From NCBI GenBank assembly GCA_023260655.1, contig JALQUU010000002.1, forward strand, positions 1,180 to 65,179: a DNA stretch of 64,000 nucleotides, given 5' to 3'. The notes under the pieces are model-generated. The model worked only from the letters and a program-made list of their open reading frames with translations. It was not told the origin of the DNA and ran no database searches. The stretch's first letter is position 1. Each line of letters opens with the position of its first letter. Source of the DNA: Paracoccaceae bacterium. GTDB lineage: Bacteria; Pseudomonadota; Alphaproteobacteria; Rhodobacterales; Rhodobacteraceae. Shown piece after piece: positions 18,289-26,555 of this stretch. Made by a program: the position numbers and the translations under genes.

Positions 18289-18548
18289 ATCCCCCAGAAG
18301 GCATGATTTTTATGGCTGGCAGGCCCGCATGCCGTATCTGGCCTCAAGACATAGGCGAATCACTCCGAATCAGTCAACCTAAAGTGATTCGCTCGGGACG
18401 AATTCAGCTTGGAAAATCAAAGCCGAATCGCATAGATGAGTCGTGTCAAGACGTTAGACGACTTGTGTCGTTGATGCTTTCAGCGGCGCTTCGCAGAGAA
18501 TTCCTTCGGAATGCCTCCGGCGGGGATATTTGAAAAACCGAGAAACGA

Positions 18549-18618
18549 TCTTGCTTTCGGAAATATCCCGGGGGGTGAGGCCAAAGGCCGAGGGGGGCAG
18601 CGCCCCCCTTTCTTTTCC
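18549..18618 (+). repeat. Intergenic repeat family, copy A (most diverged)
   Basis: tcttGCTTTCGGAAATATCCCGGGGGGTGAGGCCAAAGGCCGAGGGGGGCAGCGCCCCCCTTTCTTTTCC. It ends in a 7-bp GC hairpin (GGGGGGC-agc-GCCCCCC) plus a T-rich tail. Confidence 0.8.
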
Positions 18619-18619
18619 G

Positions 18620-19663
18620 TCAGCGCAACGGCGCCCATTGCACCAAGTCGAGCGTAGGCGCGGCGGTGGCGAGCATAACGATGCGGTCGAAGCCCATGGC
18701 GATGCCGGAGGCTTGGGGCATTTGGGCGAGGGCGGCGAGGAAGTCTTCGTCGAGCGGGTAGCGTTCGCTGTATATGCGCTCTTTCTCGGTCATATCCGCT
18801 TCGAAGCGTTTGCGCTGTTCGACGGGGTCTGTGAGTTCGCCGAAGCCGTTCGCCAGTTCGACGCCGCAGGCGTAGAGTTCGAAGCGTTCTGCCGTACGGG
18901 GGTCGTCAGGGGTGCGGCGGGCGAGGGCGGCTTCGGAGACGGGGTAACGGTCGAGGATGGTGGCGCGGCCGTGTCCGAGGTGGGGTTCGACTTTCTCGAC
19001 GATGAGGCGCGAGAGCAGGTCGGACCACGTATCATCGGGGGCGGTGCGGAGGCCTGCGGCTTCAGTGGCGGCGCGGAGGCTTTCGGTGTTGCCGGTGCCA
19101 TCGGCATCGACGGTATCCATGAGGGCGATGCCTGCGTAGCGCTGGATCGCGTCGGTGACTGAGAGCCGTTCGGGGGGGAGGGTGGCGTCGCAGGTGCTCT
19201 CGCGCCAGCGCAGCGTGGTGGTGCCTGCGGCTTCGGCGGCGAGGGCGAGGAGGCGAGCGCAGTCCTGCATCAGCACCTCATAGCTTTCGCCGGTGCGATA
19301 CCATTCCAGCATGGTGAATTCGTTGGCGTGTTTAGGGCTGTCTTCGCGATTGCGCCAGACATGGGCGAAGGCGAAGATTTTCTCCTCTCCAGCGGCGAGG
19401 AGTTTCTTCATCGCGAATTCGGGGGAGGTATGGAGATAGCGGGTATGGCCGGTTCCGTCGTAATCGCGGATGATGGTTTCGAAGGCGTGGAGATGGGTTT
19501 CGTTGCCGGGGCTCACCTGCATCGCGTTGGGATCGACCTCGAGGAAGCCTTCTTCTTCGAACCAGGTGCGGAAGGCTTTCTGGATGCGGTTGCGGGCCAG
19601 AAGGGCGGGGCGGCGATCGGCGTGGCGGGCTTTGTCCCACCAAGGGGTCTCGGCAATTGGCAT
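18620..19663 (-). CDS. epmA: EF-P lysine aminoacylase EpmA (GenX/PoxA, truncated class II LysRS paralogue)
   Basis: Class II aaRS core motifs are present (FRNEDSP-like WRNREDSPKHANEFTMLEWY, and the GFDR-type ending GIAMGFDRIVML). The preferred start is MPIAETPWWDK at 19663. The gene is divergent from efp. Confidence 0.75.
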   Translation of the reverse strand: MPIAETPWWDKARHADRRPALLARNRIQKAFRTWFEEEGFLEVDPNAMQVSPGNETHLHAFETIIRDYDGTGHTRYLHTSPEFAMKKLLAAGEEKIFAFAHVWRNREDSPKHANEFTMLEWYRTGESYEVLMQDCARLLALAAEAAGTTTLRWRESTCDATLPPERLSVTDAIQRYAGIALMDTVDADGTGNTESLRAATEAAGLRTAPDDTWSDLLSRLIVEKVEPHLGHGRATILDRYPVSEAALARRTPDDPRTAERFELYACGVELANGFGELTDPVEQRKRFEADMTEKERIYSERYPLDEDFLAALAQMPQASGIAMGFDRIVMLATAAPTLDLVQWAPLR

Positions 19664-19766
19664 CTCGGCACCTTTGATCTGGCGATTTTCGCTCCGATGC
19701 GCTATCGGCACCGGGAATGTGCGGCTCTCTAGGCCGTGAATGGATCTATCGCAAGGAAACTGACCC

Positions 19767-20333
19767 GTGAAAGTGATCGCCTCTCAGGTCCGCAAGGGCA
19801 ACGTGCTTGAAATCGACGGCCGTCTCTATATCGTTCTTTCTGCTGAAAACTTCCACCCCGGCAAGGGTACGCCTGTGACGCAGGTCGACATGCGTCGCAT
19901 TGGCGATGGCGTGAAGGTTTCGGAGCGCTGGAAGACCACCGAGTCGCTCGAGCGCGCGCATGTGGAAGACGTGGAATTCGATTACCTCTACGAGGATGGC
20001 GAAGGCCTGCACTTCATGAACCCCGTGAGCTACGACCAGATCGCGGTTCCGGAAGATGTGGTGGGTGACCAGAAGGTGTACCTGCAGGAAGGCATGCGCG
20101 TTTACCTCAAGATCTTCAACGACGCGGCTGTGTCGATGGAACTGCCGCAGCGCATGACCGTGGAAGTGCTGGAGACCGAGCCTGTGGTGAAGGGCCAGAC
20201 GGCGTCTTCGTCCTACAAGCCTGCTGTCTGCGAGAACGGCCTTCGTGTGATGGTGCCGCCGCATATCGGCGTGGGCACGCGGATCGTGATCAACACCGCC
20301 GACAACACCTATTACGAGCGCGCCAAGGACTGA
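19767..20333 (+). CDS. efp: Translation elongation factor P
   Basis: [44 protein letters not shown]..., 188 aa. The loop Lys is present (PGKG). Confidence 0.95.
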   Translation: MKVIASQVRKGNVLEIDGRLYIVLSAENFHPGKGTPVTQVDMRRIGDGVKVSERWKTTESLERAHVEDVEFDYLYEDGEGLHFMNPVSYDQIAVPEDVVGDQKVYLQEGMRVYLKIFNDAAVSMELPQRMTVEVLETEPVVKGQTASSSYKPAVCENGLRVMVPPHIGVGTRIVINTADNTYYERAKD

Positions 20334-20357
20334 TCCTTGCGTGATCCTGGAAAGAGA

Positions 20358-20385
20358 GGCGTGGGAGCGATCCCGCGCCTTTTTT
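20358..20385 (+). terminator. Rho-independent terminator of efp
   Basis: GGCGTGGGA-gcga-TCCCGCGCC followed by TTTTTT. Confidence 0.7.
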
Positions 20386-20400
20386 CGTTTCCCGAATGAG

Positions 20401-20431
20401 AAAGGCGCCGGGCGGGGGCTCCGGCGCCTTT
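20401..20431. terminator. Second hairpin between the convergent genes (probably serves the minus-strand gene)
   Basis: AAAGGCGCCGG-gcgggggct-CCGGCGCCTTT, an 11-bp perfect stem. Confidence 0.5.
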
Positions 20432-20459
20432 CATTCGGCCGCATGTTCAACGGGGACTG

Positions 20460-21038
20460 TTAGAACACGGGCTGAACAGACACTCCCGTCGCGATGCGGC
20501 GGGCCCATTCGGTGATCTGGGGTTCGAAGTGGTGGCGGGAGCCGGGTTCGCAGGCCAGAAGCGTGAGGATGGCGCGGGTGCGGCGCTCGGGCGGGGCTTT
20601 CGGGCCGAGATCGGCGCGTTTCCATGGCTCGGAGCCGAAGCGCACTTCGCCGATGCCGCCGACCAGTAGGCGGGCGGACCATTTCTTGCCGAAGGTGTCG
20701 AAGTCCATTTCGCAGGGAATGCCTTCGGTGGCGCTGGTGCGGATGGCGTGGGTGTGGAGGAATTCGAAGATCACATCGGGGTCGATCAGGAGGATATCTG
20801 CGGCGATCTTGACCCAACCATCGGCGACGCTAAGGTCGAGCGCTGTCCACGAGGTTTGGCCTTCGGCGCGGAAGGCCAGAAGCGCGTCTTCGGAAATCGC
20901 ATCGGCGATCTCGTAGCGGTTCGAACCCATGGTGATCCGTGCAAATGGCGCGCCTGCGCTACAGGTGTGGCCATGAATTGCCTTGCGGGCGGCTTCAGGG
21001 CTGAGGGCGGAGTCGGTCATTTGGAGCTGCGCTTGCAT
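20460..21038 (-). CDS. Hypothetical protein (192 aa; alternative start at 21020)
   Basis: Clean ORF with GC3-rich coding appearance and its own downstream hairpin. I can recognise no motif. It is divergent from the flagellar genes. Confidence 0.6.
   Translation of the reverse strand: MQAQLQMTDSALSPEAARKAIHGHTCSAGAPFARITMGSNRYEIADAISEDALLAFRAEGQTSWTALDLSVADGWVKIAADILLIDPDVIFEFLHTHAIRTSATEGIPCEMDFDTFGKKWSARLLVGGIGEVRFGSEPWKRADLGPKAPPERRTRAILTLLACEPGSRHHFEPQITEWARRIATGVSVQPVF
21021..21038 (+). promoter_or_regulatory. Putative sigma54 (-24/-12) promoter for flgT-like/flgA
   Basis: TTGGAGCTGCGCTTGCAT compared with the consensus TGGCAC-N5-TTGCW. GG and GC are separated by exactly 10 nt. It lies about 45 nt upstream of the GTG at 21080. 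Confidence 0.45.
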
Positions 21039-21079
21039 GGTACGCCTTCGATTTCTGCTTACTCAGGGGAGTCAACGGC

Positions 21080-22138
21080 GTGCTCTTTTCCGCGTTCGCG
21101 GCGATCTCTGCTCCGGTTTCGGCAGCAGGGACAACGGTCGAGGTGGAGGCGCAGGGCAATGCGATCGTAGCCAATAAGGCTGACGTCGAAGCGGCCCGCA
21201 GGCGCGCCATTGGTGATGCCCTGATTTCTGTGGCGCTTTCGGGTGGTGCCACCCTCAAAGGCCATACTGTGTTTGATAAGGGGCGGATTACTGCCGATCT
21301 GGCGATCCTTCGCCCAACTGGCCAAGTGCTCTCGCATCGTCTGATCTCGGCCCAGCTCACCGAAGGTATCTGGACAGTTCGCCTCTCTGCAGTCGTGGGC
21401 CCTGCTCCGCTTTCGGGCTGCGATGGTCGCCGCCACCTCACCGTGAGCGCTGCCCCTCCGATGGTTTCCGTGTCGCCTGAAGCGCCTGCGTGGGCCGTGC
21501 CACTGGCCACGCAGCTTTCCCGCGATGTCGTGGAAACGTTTCGTTCCCACCCCGCGACAACCCTTGAACGCGTCGCGCCGCTTCCCTCTTCCGCCCCTAT
21601 CCCCGCATCGCTCGATTACAACACTCTGACCCGCGGTCGCTCCGTTCCGCTTTCAGGCGATCACCAGATGGGCTCCTCGATTGCGGTCGGTTATTCCGGC
21701 GGCAATATCCGCCTCGTCATGGAAATCAGCCTGATCGGGCAGGATGGTAAACCCATCCGTCGACAGTTCACACGCGGGACCCTCAATCCGCGCGGTGGAG
21801 TGGCCGGTTTCATCGTGGGCCAGAGCCGCGATATGGCGCAAACGGGCCTTACCAAAGGCCTTGCCGAAGAAGTGCGCGCCATGCTCGACAACCTCACGTG
21901 CGAGCCACCCCAAGCCCGTCTTGCGCTCTCGAATGGCAAGCTGAGCATTCCTTTGGGCTCGCGCCATGGCATCACCCGCGCAAGCCTCGCTTTCGTGGAC
22001 GATGCGAACGATAGCTGGGGGCTTCTCGAGGTGCTCTCGGTCAATGCCCGCCAAACCGTGCTGCGCCCGCTTGATCCCACTCGCAAGGCAAAAAGCTTTG
22101 ACGGGCTGCGTGTCTATTTTCTGGAGACCGGCCTGTGA
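21080..22138 (+). CDS. FlgT-like periplasmic flagellar assembly (H-ring) protein
   Basis: Short signal peptide MLFSAFAAISAPVSAAG. The N-terminal domain VEVEAQGNAIVANKADVEAARRRAIGDALISVALSGGATL resembles the FlgT_N / LPP20-type fold motif. It lies immediately upstream of, and overlaps, flgA. Confidence 0.45.
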   Translation: MLFSAFAAISAPVSAAGTTVEVEAQGNAIVANKADVEAARRRAIGDALISVALSGGATLKGHTVFDKGRITADLAILRPTGQVLSHRLISAQLTEGIWTVRLSAVVGPAPLSGCDGRRHLTVSAAPPMVSVSPEAPAWAVPLATQLSRDVVETFRSHPATTLERVAPLPSSAPIPASLDYNTLTRGRSVPLSGDHQMGSSIAVGYSGGNIRLVMEISLIGQDGKPIRRQFTRGTLNPRGGVAGFIVGQSRDMAQTGLTKGLAEEVRAMLDNLTCEPPQARLALSNGKLSIPLGSRHGITRASLAFVDDANDSWGLLEVLSVNARQTVLRPLDPTRKAKSFDGLRVYFLETGL

Positions 22139-22836
22139 TCCGCACGCTTCCCGCTTTGGTGCTGGCCCTTTGGGCCGCCCCCCTGCACGCGCTGGATGGC
22201 GCGGAAGTGAGCCGCCTCATCGCCGAGGCGCTGGCTGCTGCAGGGCAGCCGGGAAGCGCTGTTCTATCGGCCAATCGCGGATTCCCGCCATGTTCAGAGC
22301 CTGCGCGCGTCGGGCCTAAAGGCGGCTCGTGGAACACCGTCCGCCTCTCCTGTGAGGCGCCCGGTGAAAGCTGGGTGCGCTTTGTAAGGGTCGAAGGCTC
22401 TGCGCCTGCTGCGCTCGTGGCGCGCAAGGCTAACCAACCTGAAGGTGATGGCATGGCCCTCGTGCTTACCGAAAGCCTCGCCAAGGGAACTGTCCTGAAC
22501 GCGGCCCATCTGACGCTGGTGGCGTCGACGTCGGCCACAGGTGCGGGCACCCTCAGCGATCCCGCCCGAGCTATCGGGCGACGCCTGCGGGGCAACCCAG
22601 GAGCTGGGCAACCGCTCCTCGCCCGCCATCTCGAATATGACTACGCCGTAACGCAAGGAATGTCCGTGACTATTACCAATGAAATAAGGGGGATTCGCAT
22701 CGAAACTGCCGGGGAGGCCCTCGATTCAGGCCAGCTCGGCGAACCAATCAGAGTCGCCAACCGTTCGAGTGGCTGTATCCTGCGCGCCATCGTCTCCGGA
22801 CCCAACAAAGTGACCCTCGCACCTAACATTCGGTGA
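22135..22836 (+). CDS. flgA: Flagellar basal-body P-ring formation chaperone FlgA
   Basis: Signal peptide MIRTLPALVLALWAAPLHA. A SAF-like region is followed by the C-terminal VTQGMSVTITNEIRGIRIETAGEALDSGQLGEPIRVANRSSGCILRAIV. Confidence 0.75.
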   Translation: MIRTLPALVLALWAAPLHALDGAEVSRLIAEALAAAGQPGSAVLSANRGFPPCSEPARVGPKGGSWNTVRLSCEAPGESWVRFVRVEGSAPAALVARKANQPEGDGMALVLTESLAKGTVLNAAHLTLVASTSATGAGTLSDPARAIGRRLRGNPGAGQPLLARHLEYDYAVTQGMSVTITNEIRGIRIETAGEALDSGQLGEPIRVANRSSGCILRAIVSGPNKVTLAPNIR

Positions 22837-22893
22837 GCACAGGTCGTTTGGGGGAATAAGTCATTCGTCCTTGCGACGTAACGGAGAGTTCAG

Positions 22894-23196
22894 ATGGTCG
22901 ACTCTATCAACACGTCAAATGCCGCCAAGCTGCGGCTCAATGCATACCAAGCCGACGGAGCCGCAAAGGCCCCGGCAGGTTCACGTCCACCTGCCTCTGT
23001 TGGGTCGGTCGATTCCGTCACGCTCAGCGATGCGGTTTCGGTCCATTTGGCAGAAGGCCTTGCAGAGAAGGGCCCACCCTTCGATCTGGATCGCGTGACC
23101 CGCATCAAAAAGGCCGTGGCCGAAGGCCGTTACCCGGTTGATCCGGGCCGGATTACTGACGCCATCTTCCAAGACTACAACGCGCTGATGCGCTGA
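22894..23196 (+). CDS. flgM: Anti-sigma-28 factor FlgM
   Basis: 100 aa with the C-terminal motif DLDRVTRIKKAVAEGRYPVDPGRITDAI, typical of FlgM. Confidence 0.8.
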   Translation: MVDSINTSNAAKLRLNAYQADGAAKAPAGSRPPASVGSVDSVTLSDAVSVHLAEGLAEKGPPFDLDRVTRIKKAVAEGRYPVDPGRITDAIFQDYNALMR

Positions 23197-23210
23197 ACAG
23201 AGGCAGAGTA

Positions 23211-23585
23211 ATGACGCTTCCCGAAATCCTCCTGATCTGCGCTGCAGCCCTCTGCGTGATCTGCTTGCCGCTGATCGCCATGATGACGCTGAGCCTTTAC
23301 TCGAAGGCCTCGCCAAAAGCCGAGAGCGCCTTGCAGGATCATGAGATCGCGCGCATCGCTACCTATCTGAGTGAGCGTATGGGCATCACTGACGAAGGTT
23401 CAATCCGCACCCTCACCGCACGTGTTGAGGAAATGCGGAAGGATTTCGACTGGCTCGTCAGCGACCGCATGATCGAGCAGGCCATCGACATGGCCCGCCT
23501 TGGTCAGCCCACCGCGACCATCGTGCAGACAACGGGCATCAGCCCCGATGAACTGGCGACGATCAACAAGCTTCGCCGCCACTGA
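23211..23585 (+). CDS. Small N-terminally membrane-anchored protein in the flagellar locus (function unknown)
   Basis: TM segment LPEILLICAAALCVICLPLIAMMTLSLY and a C-terminal HTH-like segment GQPTATIVQTTGISPDELATINKL. From memory it resembles DUF2802-type flagellar-operon proteins; this is unverified. Confidence 0.6.
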   Translation: MTLPEILLICAAALCVICLPLIAMMTLSLYSKASPKAESALQDHEIARIATYLSERMGITDEGSIRTLTARVEEMRKDFDWLVSDRMIEQAIDMARLGQPTATIVQTTGISPDELATINKLRRH

Positions 23586-23594
23586 AACCCGATT

Positions 23595-24191
23595 TCAGCT
23601 CTGGATGATCACACCGCGCGCCGCCATGTCGGCGCGCGCTGCGTTTAAGGAACCGCCCAAATCGATGGCACGGCACAGGTCTTCGCGCACGGTCACGGTA
23701 TAGCCCAACTTGGCGGCATCTTGTGCCGAGTAGTTCACGCAGAAATCGGTTGCCAATCCGACCAGCACCAAATCGGTAATCCCGCGGGTCCGCAGATAGC
23801 CATCAATACCCGTGGGCGTCGTGCGGTCATTCTCGAAGAACGCCGAGTAACTGTCGATCGCGGCGCGGAAGCCTTTCCGGACGATCAGATCCGCCCGATC
23901 CGTGTTCAATGCCGGATGGAAGTTGGCACCCTCGCTACCTTGCACGCAATGGTCCGGCCACAGTGTCTGTTCACCATAAGGCATCTCCACGCTTTCAAAG
24001 GGACCTTTTCCGGGATGCGAGGAGGCGAAAGAGGAATGATCGGACGGGTGCCAGTCTTGTGTCAGGACCACGGCTTCGAACTCGGTCATCAGCGCGCTGA
24101 CCCGCGTGACGATCTCGTCGCCTCCCGCCACAGCCAGCGCCCCGCCCGGGCAGAAATCATTCTGGATATCGATCACCAACAACGCGCGCAT
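23595..24191 (-). CDS. pncA: Nicotinamidase/pyrazinamidase PncA (isochorismatase family)
   Basis: MRALLVIDIQNDFCPGGALAV..., WPDHCVQGSEGA and the catalytic-Cys region GLATDFCV. Confidence 0.85.
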   Translation of the reverse strand: MRALLVIDIQNDFCPGGALAVAGGDEIVTRVSALMTEFEAVVLTQDWHPSDHSSFASSHPGKGPFESVEMPYGEQTLWPDHCVQGSEGANFHPALNTDRADLIVRKGFRAAIDSYSAFFENDRTTPTGIDGYLRTRGITDLVLVGLATDFCVNYSAQDAAKLGYTVTVREDLCRAIDLGGSLNAARADMAARGVIIQS

Positions 24192-24290
24192 CTGGGCCTC
24201 CTGCAAATCTCGAAGCCGAGGATAGCCGTTGCGAAAAAGAATTGCCACAACGCCCCCTAAAGGCTATCCCGCCCGCCTCGGAGAACGCTC

Positions 24291-25517
24291 ATGCCCACGC
24301 TCGGCCTCGATTTCGGCACCTCGAACACGGCCGCCGCCCTGATGGCAGGTGCGGCCCCCTTCGTGCTGCCTCTGGAACCCTCCGCCGAAACCCTGCCGAC
24401 CGCCGTCTTCATCGATTTTTCGCGCCGCCGCTTTGTCTATGGCTCGGAGGCCCTGACCTGCCTGCGTGAAGGCCAAGAAGGCCGCTTCCTGCGCGCTCTC
24501 AAAAGCATTCTCGGCACGCCTCTCGCCCATGAACCGCGCATGTTTCTGAACGAGAAGCTGACGCTTGTCGAAATCATCGCGCGCTTCCTCGCCGAAATCC
24601 GCCAACGCTCCGAAGCATTCACGCGTCTGTCTTTCGATCATGCGCTCTCTGGCCGCCCGGTCCGCTTTCACTCTGCCTCCGACGAACGCGATGCCCAAGC
24701 CGAAGCGGACTTGCGCCAGGCCTATGATCTCGCGGGGTTCAAATCGGTCGATTTTCTCCCCGAACCCGAAGCGGCAGCTCTCGCCGTCGCTGGTTCGGGC
24801 CGCCTTCTCATCGTCGACATTGGTGGCGGTACGTCTGACTTCACCCTCTGCGACAGGAAGAATGGCAGCACCCTTGTTCTCGCCAGCCGAGGCCTCCGTT
24901 TGGGCGGTACGGATTTCGACCGCACCCTCAGCCTTGCCCACGCAATGTCTCTTTTCGGATCAGAAGCGCTCTTGCGCGCTGAAATTGGCGAAGCGCGCCA
25001 CCCCGCCCCGCGCGCCCTCTACCATGACCTCGCAAGCTGGGAAAAAATCCCCTTCGTCTACGACGCGGCCCTCCTCCGCGATGTCCGCCGCTGGGTCCGC
25101 CTTGCCGATGAGCCGCACCTTTTCGAGCGCCTCGCCGATATCCTCGATATGCACCTTGGCCATGACGTGGCCCATGCAGTCGAAAGCGGAAAAATCCGTG
25201 CCAATAGCGCGGAAGAAGCGGAGATCGCCCTCGATATCGTCGAACGGGGCCTCAAAGCCCGGCTCTCCCGCGCGATGATGGATGAAGGTCTCGCCGCTGC
25301 CATCGCCGCCATCCGCGACACCGCGCTTGAAACCATCCGCGCCGCGGATGTGGCGCCTGCCTCCGTCGATCAAGTGGTGTTCGTCGGTGGTTCCAGCCTC
25401 CTGAAAGGCCTCCGCGCCGAATTGGCAGCGGCTTTGCCCGCTGCAAAGCAAGTAGATAGCGCGGTCTTCACGGCCGTAGCGCACGGCCTTGCCATTGCTG
25501 CCGCCCAAGCGGGATGA
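24291..25517 (+). CDS. Hsp70-family ATPase-domain-only protein (YegD-like)
   Basis: LGLDFGTSNTAAA (phosphate-1), IVDIGGGTSDFT (phosphate-2) and VVFVGGSSLL (adenosine). At 408 aa there is no substrate-binding domain. Confidence 0.8.
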   Translation: MPTLGLDFGTSNTAAALMAGAAPFVLPLEPSAETLPTAVFIDFSRRRFVYGSEALTCLREGQEGRFLRALKSILGTPLAHEPRMFLNEKLTLVEIIARFLAEIRQRSEAFTRLSFDHALSGRPVRFHSASDERDAQAEADLRQAYDLAGFKSVDFLPEPEAAALAVAGSGRLLIVDIGGGTSDFTLCDRKNGSTLVLASRGLRLGGTDFDRTLSLAHAMSLFGSEALLRAEIGEARHPAPRALYHDLASWEKIPFVYDAALLRDVRRWVRLADEPHLFERLADILDMHLGHDVAHAVESGKIRANSAEEAEIALDIVERGLKARLSRAMMDEGLAAAIAAIRDTALETIRAADVAPASVDQVVFVGGSSLLKGLRAELAAALPAAKQVDSAVFTAVAHGLAIAAAQAG

Positions 25518-25561
25518 AGCGCCGCATTGCGTCCTCCTGTAAGCCGAGGTAACGCACATTT

Positions 25562-26470
25562 ATGTATACCGTCGCCGCACTCTATCACTTCACCGCCTTC
25601 GCTGATCCAGCGGCCATTCGCGGCCCTCTCCTCGCTGTGGCCGAAGAGAACGCCATCCGGGGCACGCTTCTTCTGGCGCGCGAAGGGATCAATGGAACGA
25701 TTGCGGGTTCGCGCGCAGGCATTGATGCCATCCTCTCCCATATCCGCTCCCTTCCCGGTTGCGCCGATCTGGAGTGGAAAGAAAGCACCGCCTCCAGCGC
25801 GCCGTTTCCTCGCCTGAAAGTGCGTCTGAAGCGCGAGATCGTCACAATGGGCAAGCCCGATGTCGACCCGCGCGCCACCGTGGGCCATTACCTCAACCCC
25901 GAGGAATGGAACGAACTTATCTCCGCGCCCGATGTGGCCGTGATCGATACGCGCAACGACTACGAAGTTGCCATCGGCACCTTCAAAGGGGCTGTCGATC
26001 CCCTGACCAAGACCTTCCGTGAATTCCCCGAATGGTGGGAACAGAACAAGGAACGCTTCCACAACAAGCGCATCGCCATGTTCTGCACAGGCGGTATCCG
26101 CTGCGAGAAATCCACCAATTGGCTCCTCCAGCAAGGTGTGCCCGAGGTCTTCCACCTCAAAGGCGGCATCCTGAAATATCTGGAGGAAATGCCCGAAGAG
26201 CAAAGCCTCTGGGAGGGCGAGTGCTTCGTCTTCGACGGGCGTGTTTCTGTGGGCCATGGCCTCAAGGAAGGCCCGCATCACCTCTGCCATGCTTGCCGCC
26301 GCCCCGTCCTGCCCGCCGATATGGAGCGCACGGAGTGGGAAGAAGGCGTTTCCTGCCACCACTGCATCGGCGAGACCTCTGATGCCGACAAGACCCGTTT
26401 CCGCGAGCGCCAGAAACAGATCGCATTGGCTAAGGCGCGCGGCGAACGCCATCTCGCGGGTGAGGATTGA
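25562..26470 (+). CDS. trhO: Rhodanese-related sulfurtransferase / tRNA U34 hydroxylase TrhO (UPF0176)
   Basis: [16 protein letters not shown]..., the rhodanese active-site region [12 protein letters not shown], and a C-terminal Cys cluster CHACRRP...CHHC. Confidence 0.85.
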   Translation: MYTVAALYHFTAFADPAAIRGPLLAVAEENAIRGTLLLAREGINGTIAGSRAGIDAILSHIRSLPGCADLEWKESTASSAPFPRLKVRLKREIVTMGKPDVDPRATVGHYLNPEEWNELISAPDVAVIDTRNDYEVAIGTFKGAVDPLTKTFREFPEWWEQNKERFHNKRIAMFCTGGIRCEKSTNWLLQQGVPEVFHLKGGILKYLEEMPEEQSLWEGECFVFDGRVSVGHGLKEGPHHLCHACRRPVLPADMERTEWEEGVSCHHCIGETSDADKTRFRERQKQIALAKARGERHLAGED

Positions 26471-26538
26471 TTTCGCTTTCGGAAATATCCTCGCGGGTGA
26501 ATGCCGAAGGCAGAGAGGGCAGAAAGCCCCTTTTTTCT
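26471..26538 (+). repeat. Intergenic repeat family, copy B
   Basis: tttcGCTTTCGGAAATATCCTCGCGGGTGAATGCCGAAGGCAGAGAGGGCAGAAAGCCCCTTTTTTCTG. It starts immediately after the trhO stop codon. Confidence 0.85.
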
Positions 26539-26555
26539 GAAAGAGAGGAACCGGG

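Noticed and set aside
18303-18533. 76-aa plus-strand ORF in the orphan intergenic region
   Set aside because: GC content and codon usage are atypical for this genome. The only purine-rich stretch (GAAGG) is 1 nt from the ATG, which is too close for an SD. No motif is present. The region is more likely non-coding (see the finding on 18289-18620).
22857-22881. Possible sigma28 (FliA) promoter upstream of flgM (TAAG-N13-CGACGTAA)
   Set aside because: Both the spacing and the -10 element deviate from TAAA-N15-GCCGATAA. The match is too weak to call without a PWM scan.
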